DNA of 64,000 nt from Thermoanaerobaculia bacterium (lineage in GTDB: Bacteria > Acidobacteriota > Thermoanaerobaculia > Thermoanaerobaculales > Sulfomarinibacteraceae). The notes beneath the pieces were generated by a model, which was given only the letters and a program-made list of their open reading frames with translations, had not been told where the DNA came from and ran no database searches. The DNA is taken from contig JAMOWA010000045.1 in the NCBI GenBank assembly GCA_027061805.1, positions 49,317 through 113,316 of the forward strand, in the 5' to 3' direction. Below are positions 17,444 through 25,079 of this stretch, one piece after another. Made by a program: the position numbers and the translations under genes. Within the stretch, counting starts at the first letter, position 1, and each line of letters begins with the position of its first letter.

Positions 17444-18637
17444 ATGCGCCGGTTGCGGCTGCTGACGGGCGGCGAGTCCCACGGACCTGCACTGACCGCC
17501 ATCCTCGAGGGGCTGCCCGCAGGGCTCGAGCTGGACAGGGAGGCGATCGACGCCTGGCTGGCACGGCGTCAGCACGGGTTCGGCCGGGGCGGGCGGCAGC
17601 GGATCGAGCGCGACACCGTGGAGGTCCTGGGAGGTCTCCGGGATGGCCGCACCCTGGGGAGCCCCCTGGTGCTCCGGGTCGTCAACCGCGACTGGGAGAA
17701 CTGGCGGGAGGTCATGGACCCGTGGCGGGTGGACCCCGGGGCCGCGGCGGCGAGGCGGGTCACCCGGCCGAGGCCCGGCCATGCCGACCTCTCCGGTGGC
17801 CTGGGAACCGCGCAGACGGAGGACCTTCGCAACGTCCTGGAGCGCGCCTCCGCCCGGGAGACGGCGGCCCGGGTGGCGGCCGGATCCGTGTGTGCCCGGT
17901 TCCTGGGCCGGTACGGCATCGCGATCCGGTCGGGGGTCCTCCAGGTGGGTCCCCACGTGGTGCACCGCGGGGCGCCGGACTGGGACCTCCTGGGAGGGGT
18001 GGACCCGGGGTCCCCCCTGGTGACTCCCGATCCCCCGGGCGAGGAACGGCTGGTGGAGGCGGTCCGGGAGGCCCGGGAGCGCGGCGAGACCCTGGGGGGC
18101 GTGGTGGGTGCGGTGGTGCGGGGTCTTCCCCCGGGCCTGGGGTCCCACGTCCACTGGGACCGCAAGCTGGACGGCCGGCTGGCCCGTGCGGTCATGTCCA
18201 TCCCCTCGGTGAAGGCCGTGGTCCTGGGCGAGGGCCTCGAGGTGGCCTCCCGCGTGGGATCGGAGGCGCACGACGCCATCGTTCCCGGGGAGCGGGGGCT
18301 CACACGGCCCACCAACCGCGCCGGCGGTCTCGAGGGCGGTGTCACCAACGGTGCCGACCTCGTGGTCCGGGCCTTCTTCAAGCCGATCTCCACGTTGCGG
18401 CGGGGCCTGCCCTCCGTGGACCTTGCCACGGGCGAGCCGGGTGCCACGGCGTGGGAACGCTCCGACGTGACGGCCATCGCTTCGGCCCCGGTGATCGTGG
18501 AGGCCATGCTGGCCCTGGTGCTCGCCGACGCGCTGCTGGAGGTCCTGGGCGGCAACGCCATGGCGGACGTGGACGCGGCGTGGGAGGCCCGCACCGCCCG
18601 CCTGGCCCCCTGGTGGTCTCCGGCGGACCGGGGCTGA
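17444..18637 (+). CDS. aroC: chorismate synthase
   Basis: MRRLRLLTGGESHGPALTAILEGLPAGL, GFGRGGRQRIE, RPGHADL and SARETAARVAAG are all canonical AroC motifs. Confidence 0.95.
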   Translation: MRRLRLLTGGESHGPALTAILEGLPAGLELDREAIDAWLARRQHGFGRGGRQRIERDTVEVLGGLRDGRTLGSPLVLRVVNRDWENWREVMDPWRVDPGAAAARRVTRPRPGHADLSGGLGTAQTEDLRNVLERASARETAARVAAGSVCARFLGRYGIAIRSGVLQVGPHVVHRGAPDWDLLGGVDPGSPLVTPDPPGEERLVEAVREARERGETLGGVVGAVVRGLPPGLGSHVHWDRKLDGRLARAVMSIPSVKAVVLGEGLEVASRVGSEAHDAIVPGERGLTRPTNRAGGLEGGVTNGADLVVRAFFKPISTLRRGLPSVDLATGEPGATAWERSDVTAIASAPVIVEAMLALVLADALLEVLGGNAMADVDAAWEARTARLAPWWSPADRG

Positions 18638-18757
18638 GACCGGCGGTGTTCCCCGCCCGGGCCGGGGAACGTGGATCGTTCCGGCTGGAGGTGGTGCCCG
18701 GGACCGGCCTGGCACGGCGTTTGCTCATGTTCCCGACGTTGCTGGGAGGAGGCGGCC

Positions 18758-19579
18758 ATGGCGATCATCACCATCTCGAGAGGAACCCTGAGTGGGGGGG
18801 CCCGCCTGGCCGGGTGTCTCGGGCACGGCCTGGGGTACGCGGTGATCAGCCGCGAGGACCTGGTGGAGCACGCCTCGAGGTGGTACGGCGTCGAGGAGGA
18901 GAACCTGCTCCGCGGCCTCGAGCGGGGTCCGGCGCTGCTCGAGCGTTTCCGGATCGACCGCCAGATCTACCTGGCCGTGGCCCGGGCGACACTGTGCCGC
19001 CTGGTACGACGTGACAACGTGGTCTACCACGGGCATGCCGGGCACCTGCTGCTGGATGGCGTGCCCCACGTGCTTCGGCTCAGGATCATCGCGCCGTTCG
19101 GGAGCAGGGTGCGCGAGGCCATGAGGGAGCGGGGACTCAGCGAGGGCGAGGCGGAGGTCTTCATCCGGCGGCAGGACGAGGAAAGGATCTCCTGGACCCG
19201 CTTCCTCTATGGCGTGGACTGGGGCGATCCGGTGCTCTACGACCTGACGGCCAACCTCGAGAAGCTGACCGTGGAGGCCATCTGCAACCTGACGGCCGCC
19301 CTGGTGGAGCGGCCGGAGCTCACCACGACGCCCGAGGGCCTCCAGCGCCTGGACGATGTCTTCCTTGCAGCCCACGTCCACGCCAGGCTCTACCTCAACC
19401 CGAAGATCGCGGCAGCGGCGGGGAAGATCAGGGTCTCCGCCGACGCGGGGACGGTGCACCTGTCGGGCATCCTGCCAGGAGAGGCGCTCCTCGAGGAGGT
19501 GCTCGACACCTGCCGGGGCCTGCCGGAGGTGCAGCGGGTCGAGTCCGACTGGCTGGCGGGATCCATCCAGCCCACCTGA
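18758..19579 (+). CDS. cytidylate-kinase-like (AAA) family protein with C-terminal BON domain
   Basis: Start at MAIITISRGTLSGGARLA, a P-loop-like N-terminus of the Cytidylate_kin2 type. The C-terminus (KIRVSADAGTVHLSGILPGEALLEEVLDTCRGLPEVQRVESD) resembles a BON domain. Confidence 0.65.
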   Translation: MAIITISRGTLSGGARLAGCLGHGLGYAVISREDLVEHASRWYGVEEENLLRGLERGPALLERFRIDRQIYLAVARATLCRLVRRDNVVYHGHAGHLLLDGVPHVLRLRIIAPFGSRVREAMRERGLSEGEAEVFIRRQDEERISWTRFLYGVDWGDPVLYDLTANLEKLTVEAICNLTAALVERPELTTTPEGLQRLDDVFLAAHVHARLYLNPKIAAAAGKIRVSADAGTVHLSGILPGEALLEEVLDTCRGLPEVQRVESDWLAGSIQPT

Positions 19580-19813
19580 TCCGGACGGTTCGTGGTGCTT
19601 CGACTGCGTGCCGCGACTCACCATTCCTGGCGGCGTTGTCCCGGCCCGGTCGCCCGGCGTGCTCGAGGCACACCTTGTGCTTCCTCGCGGCGGGAGAATG
19701 CCCCCCCCGGTACGGTACCTCACGCTGCTCGTGACGAATCCTCGTGAACAGTCCGGACTCGGCCCTGTCGGCCGGGATGAGAAGCGCAGGGAGGAGCGGG
19801 AGGATCATCGGCG

Positions 19814-19856
19814 AGACTGTTACCTCGTGGTGACAGTAACTCACACGTAACAGTCT
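19814..19856. promoter_or_regulatory. 10-bp perfect inverted repeat AGACTGTTAC-N23-GTAACAGTCT (operator-like)
   Basis: Read directly in the lower-GC aprB upstream region. The right arm overlaps a possible -35 (GTAACA, 19847-19852), with a CATAAA -10-like hexamer at 19869-19874. A third GTAAC pentamer sits in the spacer. Confidence 0.4.
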
Positions 19857-20118
19857 GAGAGATCTCACCATAAATGACGTTGTTTCAGCCTGTTGGAGGA
19901 CTTGCGTGCCGGTTTTGGGGTGGTCCGGGTGACGCCACGGGGTACGTCACCGTTTCGTATCACACGAAACCCAGTGCCAACACACTGAGATACATGGAGT
20001 TGGCAATCCTTGTGAATTTCGGCACAACATTTGCTAACGTCCGGAGCTGCCCACAAGAGCGCCACCCGGTGGTGCCATATGACGATGGGAGGTGATGCCG
20101 GAGCAGGGTTGCATCGAC

Positions 20119-20158
20119 AAAAAAAAAGGGGTTCCAGCTCACCGCGGCGCGGGACCCC
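20119..20158 (-). terminator. intrinsic-terminator-like hairpin plus T9 tract on the reverse strand
   Basis: The reverse strand reads GGGGTCCCGCGCCGCGGTGAGCTGGAACCCC followed by TTTTTTTTT. This is a GC-rich stem (4 GC + UA, one mismatch, 2-3 more pairs) and then nine U. A 9-nt homopolymeric A/T run is conspicuous in this GC-rich DNA. Confidence 0.45.
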
Positions 20159-20293
20159 GGCAAGCCAGAACCCGCAGGACACCGGATTCACAGCTTGTGC
20201 CGCAGGCATTCTACCATCCGGCAGGGTGCCATCTCCTGATGCCGTGGTGAGCCAGAGACCACAACCCGGTTCGGACCGGAACAGGAGGTGTGC

Positions 20294-20731
20294 ATGCCAA
20301 GTTTTGTCAATCCGGAAAAGTGTGACGGGTGCAAGGCCCTCGACTCCACGGCCTGCCAGCACATCTGTCCCAACGATCTCATGGTGCTCGACAAGGAGAC
20401 CATGAAGGCCTACAACCGTGAGCCCGAGATGTGCTGGGAGTGCTACAACTGCGTCAAGATCTGCCCGACCCAGGCGGTGGACGTCCGCGGGTACGCCGAC
20501 TTCGTGCCCATGGGTGCCTCGGTGGTTCCCATGCGCTCCACCGACGCCATCATGTGGACGGTCAGGTTCCGCAACGGGAACGTCAAGCGCTTCAAGTTCC
20601 CCATCCGCACCACCCCCGAGGGGCAGGCGGAGCCGGCCGGCGGCTGGCCCACCGAGCCCGACCTGGACAGCCCGGTCCTGTTCACGGAGCCGGATTCCCT
20701 CGGGCTGCCCGCGGTGTGGACCCGGAACTAG
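20294..20731 (+). CDS. aprB: adenylylsulfate (APS) reductase beta subunit
   Basis: MPSFVNPEKCDGCKALDSTACQHICPNDLMVLD and CWECYNCVKICPTQA give the two ferredoxin-type clusters and the AprB-specific N-terminus. AGGAGG lies 5 nt upstream of the ATG. Confidence 0.95.
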   Translation: MPSFVNPEKCDGCKALDSTACQHICPNDLMVLDKETMKAYNREPEMCWECYNCVKICPTQAVDVRGYADFVPMGASVVPMRSTDAIMWTVRFRNGNVKRFKFPIRTTPEGQAEPAGGWPTEPDLDSPVLFTEPDSLGLPAVWTRN

Positions 20732-20745
20732 GGAAGGAGGCGAAG

Positions 20746-22656
20746 ATGCGGGACATCAAGACCGTCGTCGTCGACACCGACCTGCTCATCCTGGGCGGTG
20801 GCATGGCCGCGTGCGGCGCGGCCGTGGAGGCCGCCCACTGGGCCAAGAAGAACGGGCTGAAGGTGACCATGGTGGACAAGGCGGCCGTGGACCGTTCGGG
20901 CGCCGTGGCCATGGGGCTTTCCGCCATCAACCAGTACGTGGGCCTGAGGGACGGCCAGAATACCGTCAAGGACTACGTGGACTACGTCCGAAACGACCTC
21001 ATGGGTGTCACCCGCGAGGATCTCGTGGCCAACATCGCCCGGCACGTGGACTCCACGGTCCACCTGTTCGAGAAGTGGGGCCTTCCCATCTGGAAGGACG
21101 AGAACGGGAACTACGTGCACGAGGGCCGCTGGCAGCTCATGATCAACGGCGAGTCGTACAAGGTCGTCGTCGCGGAAGCAGCGAAGAACGCCATCGGCGC
21201 CGACAACATCCACGAACGCATCTTCATCGTGGGACCGCTCGTGGACGGCGACCGCTGCGTGGGCGCCTACGGGTTCTCCGTGCGCGAGGACGTCTTCTAC
21301 GTCTTCCGATCCAAGGCCACCCTGGTGGCCATGGGTGGTGCGGTGCACGTGTTCAAGCCGCGCTCCTCCGGGGAGGGGCAGGGCCGCGCGTGGTACCCGC
21401 CATGGAACGCCGGCGCCTCCACCTACTTCACCCTGAAGGCCGGTGCGGAGATGACCTGCCAGGAGGTCCGGTTCATCCCCGTGCGGTTCAAGGACGCCTA
21501 CGGGCCCGTGGGCGCCTGGTTCCTGCTGTTCAAGTCCAGGGCCACCAACGCCTTCGGCGGCGAGTACATGCAGGAGCGCCGTGACGAGCTGACCAACTGG
21601 GTGCCCTACGGCCACGTGAAGCCCATGCCGGCCAACCTCCGGAACTACCTGATGCTGCTCGACGTGATGGAGGGCAAGGGCCCCATCTACATGCGGACCG
21701 AGGAGGCCATCGGGAAGCTGGCCGAGCAGTACAAGGACGACCCCAAGGCCTACAAGAAGAAGATGAAGGAGCTCGAGTCGGAGGCCTGGGAGGACTTCCT
21801 GGACATGACGATCTCCCAGGCGATCCTCTGGGCGGCCACCAACACCGCCCCCGAGGAGAAGCCCTCGGAGATCGCGGCCGCCGAGCCCTACTTCATCGGC
21901 TCCCACTCGGGTGCCTCGGGCGCGTGGGTCAGCGGCCCGGAGGACCTGGCACCCGCCGAGTACTTCTGGGGCTACGAGAACATGTCCACCGTCAAGGGAC
22001 TCTTCTGCGCAGGCGATGCGTCGGGCGCGTCGTCCCACAAGTTCTCCTCCGGTTCCCATGCCGAGGGGAGGATCGCGGGCAAGGCCGCCGTGAAATACAT
22101 CGTCAGGGAGAACCCCACCCTTCCCACCCTGAGCGACGAGACCGTCGAGGCGCTCAAGGAGGAGGTGTACAGGCCGCTCGCCAACTTCGAGGCGAACAGG
22201 ACCGGCACCACCCAGCCGGACGTGAACCCCAACTACATCCGGCCCAAGATGTTCATGATGCGCCTGCAGAAGATCATGGACGAGTACGCCGGCGGTGTGA
22301 GCGCCCAGTTCACCACCTCCAGGCCCATGCTGGAGCGGGGCCTGGAGCTCCTCGGCTTCCTCAAGGAGGATTCCGAGAAGCTCGGCGCAGAGGACCTCCA
22401 CGAGCTCATGCGGTGCTGGGAGAACGTGCACCGCATGTACCAGGCGGAGGCCCACGTGCGTTCGGTCCTCTTCCGGGAGGAGACGCGGTGGCCCGGGTAC
22501 TACTTCCGGGCGGACTTCCCCAACCTGGACGAGGCGAACTGGCACTGCTTCGTCAACTGCAAGCTCGACCCCGTGACGGGCGAGTGGCAGATGATGAAGC
22601 GCCCGATCCTCCACGTGTTTGCGCCGGCCAGCGATCACGAGCTGGTGGGCGGATGA
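20746..22656 (+). CDS. aprA: adenylylsulfate (APS) reductase alpha subunit (FAD flavoprotein)
   Basis: FAD fingerprint DLLILGGGMAACGAAVEA, then GLSAINQYVG, RWQLMINGESYK and a long fumarate-reductase-like fold. GGAAGGAGG lies upstream of the ATG at 20746. Confidence 0.95.
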   Translation: MRDIKTVVVDTDLLILGGGMAACGAAVEAAHWAKKNGLKVTMVDKAAVDRSGAVAMGLSAINQYVGLRDGQNTVKDYVDYVRNDLMGVTREDLVANIARHVDSTVHLFEKWGLPIWKDENGNYVHEGRWQLMINGESYKVVVAEAAKNAIGADNIHERIFIVGPLVDGDRCVGAYGFSVREDVFYVFRSKATLVAMGGAVHVFKPRSSGEGQGRAWYPPWNAGASTYFTLKAGAEMTCQEVRFIPVRFKDAYGPVGAWFLLFKSRATNAFGGEYMQERRDELTNWVPYGHVKPMPANLRNYLMLLDVMEGKGPIYMRTEEAIGKLAEQYKDDPKAYKKKMKELESEAWEDFLDMTISQAILWAATNTAPEEKPSEIAAAEPYFIGSHSGASGAWVSGPEDLAPAEYFWGYENMSTVKGLFCAGDASGASSHKFSSGSHAEGRIAGKAAVKYIVRENPTLPTLSDETVEALKEEVYRPLANFEANRTGTTQPDVNPNYIRPKMFMMRLQKIMDEYAGGVSAQFTTSRPMLERGLELLGFLKEDSEKLGAEDLHELMRCWENVHRMYQAEAHVRSVLFREETRWPGYYFRADFPNLDEANWHCFVNCKLDPVTGEWQMMKRPILHVFAPASDHELVGG

Positions 22657-22723
22657 CTCCTGGGCGGGCCGCCCCGGGCGCTCCGGCGCCCGGGGCCGGC
22701 CGGCCTGTTCTGGGAGGTGCCCC

Positions 22724-23035
22724 ATGGCCGATCTCACGTGTCCCCACTGCCGATCCCGGCTGCTTCCGTTCGAGCTTCCGGAGGCGGCGGGCTGGAGCGC
22801 TCCGTTCCACCTCGCCTGCTTCAACGACGACTGCAGCTACTACCGGCGGGCCTGGGAGTGGATGAAGGGACGTTACGGGGTGTGGGCGGCCTACCGGTTC
22901 CGCCTCGACCCCGCCAGCGGAACCGCGTCGCCCCTTCCCGTCTGGTCCCCCGACGCCCTCAAGGACAGGATCCTCGACGCCGAGGTGGAGGTCCACTCCG
23001 GGACCGGGAGCGAGATGGCGGGGGGGCTCCGGTGA
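22724..23035 (+). CDS. small Zn-ribbon-like protein (103 aa), unknown function
   Basis: MADLTCPHCRSRL ... HLACFNDDCSYYRRAWEW gives CxxC plus Cx5C. It sits in the operon, and its stop overlaps the next gene's GTG start (GTGA). The Trp/Tyr-rich composition is unlike GC-artefact ORFs. Confidence 0.6.
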   Translation: MADLTCPHCRSRLLPFELPEAAGWSAPFHLACFNDDCSYYRRAWEWMKGRYGVWAAYRFRLDPASGTASPLPVWSPDALKDRILDAEVEVHSGTGSEMAGGLR

Positions 23036-23835
23036 ACGGCGCCACGGTGGAGGAGCCCGAGCTCCTCAGGGACCACCGCAGGCTGGCACCGGGGGAGACG
23101 TTCCGGTTTTCCTGCCACCCCGGACTCGAGTGCTTCGGCGCCTGCTGTGCCGACGTCAACATCGTCCTGACCCCCCTGGACGTCCTGGGGCTTGCCCGCC
23201 GCCTGGGGGTCAACACCACGGTCTTCCTGGCCCGGTACACGGCGACGCTGGAGAGCCCGGAGCTCGGGCTCCCTGTGGTGACCCTCAGGATGGGGGACGA
23301 CGAACGGAGGTCGTGCCCCTTCGTCGGACCGGGCGGTTGCGGCGTGTACGAGGACAGACCGTGGGCCTGCCGCATGTACCCGGTCGGGATGGCGCTGCCG
23401 CCTGCCCGGGCGGGTGAGACCCCCGAGCCCAGGTACTTCCTCTTCGAGGATGCCTGGTGCGAGGGGTGTGGCCAGGGCCGGGCCTGGACCGTGGACGGGT
23501 GGCGGGAGGACCAGGGCATCCCGGTGCGGGAGGAGATCGAGAGGGGATTCCGGGCGCTGGTGTCCCATCCGTGGTTCATCGGGGGACGCAGGCTCGATCC
23601 GAAGCGTGCCGCGATGTTCTTCACGGCGTGCTACGACCTGGACCGGTTCCGGGCCTTCATCTTCGAGTCGTCGTTCCGGGACCGCTTCGTGCTGGACCAC
23701 GTGCTGGAGGAGCGCCTGGCCCACGACGATCTGGAGCTGCTCCGTTTCGCCTTCCGGTGGCTCCGTTTCGCCGTCTTCGGTGAGCGCACCCTCACCGTCC
23801 GGCCGCACCGGCCAGGAGGAGGGAGGAAGCCATGA
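23032..23835 (+). CDS. YkgJ/UPF0153-type cysteine-cluster (putative Fe-S or Zn) protein
   Basis: SCHPGLECFGACCADVNIVLTPLDV (Cx5Cx3CC) and CPFVGPGGCGVYEDRPWACRMYP are the two hallmark Cys clusters of the family. The stop overlaps the qmoA ATG (ATGA). Confidence 0.75.
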   Translation: MNGATVEEPELLRDHRRLAPGETFRFSCHPGLECFGACCADVNIVLTPLDVLGLARRLGVNTTVFLARYTATLESPELGLPVVTLRMGDDERRSCPFVGPGGCGVYEDRPWACRMYPVGMALPPARAGETPEPRYFLFEDAWCEGCGQGRAWTVDGWREDQGIPVREEIERGFRALVSHPWFIGGRRLDPKRAAMFFTACYDLDRFRAFIFESSFRDRFVLDHVLEERLAHDDLELLRFAFRWLRFAVFGERTLTVRPHRPGGGRKP

Positions 23836-25079
23836 ACGACACTTCGAACAGGCCGATCCTGGTTCTCGGCGCGGGTATCGCGGGCCTGACCGCCGCCCTG
23901 GAGGCGGCAGAGACGGGCCGGTTCGTGGTGCTGGTGGAGAAGAACCCGTGGGTGGGAGGCAGGGTGGCCGCCTTCCACCAGTACTTCCCGAAGCTCTGTC
24001 CCCCATCGTGCGGCCTCGAGATCAACATCCGGCGCCTGGAACGGAACCCCCGGATCCGTCTGCTGACGGGAACGCGCCTTGCGGGGGCCGAGAGGATCGA
24101 GGGCGGCTGGAGGGTGATCCTCACCAGGGCCCCCCGGTGGGTCACCGACCGGTGCACCGCCTGCGGCGAGTGCACGGCGGCATGCCCCGTGGAGATCCCG
24201 AACCCCTTCGACCAGGGCATGGGGACCGTGAAGGCCATCCACCGGCCCCACGCCCAGTCCTGGCCGGAGCGCTTCGTGATGGAGAGGGATGCCTGCCGCC
24301 AGGGCTGCCACGCCTGCGCGGACGCCTGCGAGTACGGCGCCATCGACCTGGCCGCCGAGGCCACCACGGAGGAGCTGGAGGTGGGGAGCGTGGTGGTGGC
24401 CACGGGCTGGGAGCCCTACCCTCTGGAGAAGCTCCCGGAGCTGGGTGGTGGGGTTCTCCCCGACGTGATCTCCAACGTCCAGATGGAGCGGCTGGCGCAC
24501 CCCGGCGGCCCCACCGGAGGCAGGATCCTGCGCCCCTCCGACGGGGCCCCGCCGCGGCGGGTGGCCTTCGTCCAGTGTGCCGGCTCCCGCGACGTGAACC
24601 ACCTGGCCTACTGCTCCGGGGTGTGCTGCCTGGCCTCATTGAAGGAGGCCCTGTACGTCAGGGAGCAGCTGCCCGGGGCGGAGATCGCCATCTACTACAT
24701 CGATCGCCGCACTCCCGGCCGGAACGAGGACTTTCTCGAGAAGGTGGCGGGGACGGAGGGCATCCGGCTGGTCAAGGGGAAGGTGGGCAAGGTCCTGGCG
24801 GCGGACGGCGGCCTCGAGCTCGTGGTGGAGGACGTGGAGGCCGGCCGCCGCCTGCACGAGAGGGCGGATCTCGTGGTGCTGGCCACGGGCATGGTGCCGT
24901 CGGCGGGGGATCTGCCCCTTCCGGTGGAGCTGGACGAGGACGGGTTCGTCCTGGACGACCCGGCCTCCGGCGTGGTCCCCGCGGGTGTGGTGCACCGGCC
25001 CCAGGAGGTGGCCTCGGTGGTGCGGGACGCCACGGGGGCGAGCGCCCGTGCCATGGCCATGGCAGGAGGGAGGGCGTGA
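23832..25079 (+). CDS. qmoA: Qmo complex subunit A (HdrA-like flavoprotein)
   Basis: FAD fingerprint ILVLGAGIAGLTAALEAAETG, plus the ferredoxin motifs CTACGECTAACP and CRQGCHACADAC. The cluster position directly after aprBA is conserved. Confidence 0.9.
   Translation: MNDTSNRPILVLGAGIAGLTAALEAAETGRFVVLVEKNPWVGGRVAAFHQYFPKLCPPSCGLEINIRRLERNPRIRLLTGTRLAGAERIEGGWRVILTRAPRWVTDRCTACGECTAACPVEIPNPFDQGMGTVKAIHRPHAQSWPERFVMERDACRQGCHACADACEYGAIDLAAEATTEELEVGSVVVATGWEPYPLEKLPELGGGVLPDVISNVQMERLAHPGGPTGGRILRPSDGAPPRRVAFVQCAGSRDVNHLAYCSGVCCLASLKEALYVREQLPGAEIAIYYIDRRTPGRNEDFLEKVAGTEGIRLVKGKVGKVLAADGGLELVVEDVEAGRRLHERADLVVLATGMVPSAGDLPLPVELDEDGFVLDDPASGVVPAGVVHRPQEVASVVRDATGASARAMAMAGGRA

Noticed and set aside
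19865-20362. A 165-aa reverse-strand ORF inside the apr leader.
   Set aside because: It overlaps the aprB ribosome-binding site and start. It has no recognisable domain or signal, and its erratic composition is unlike the real genes here. The region is better explained as non-coding regulatory sequence.
23414-25078. The upstream 555 codons of the 1305-aa ORF that contains qmoB.
   Set aside because: This part is R/G/P-rich and overlaps the well-supported YkgJ-like gene and qmoA in other frames. The QmoB N-terminus (MERIGVVLCSGCDIG) starts at the ATG at 25079, which overlaps the qmoA stop.
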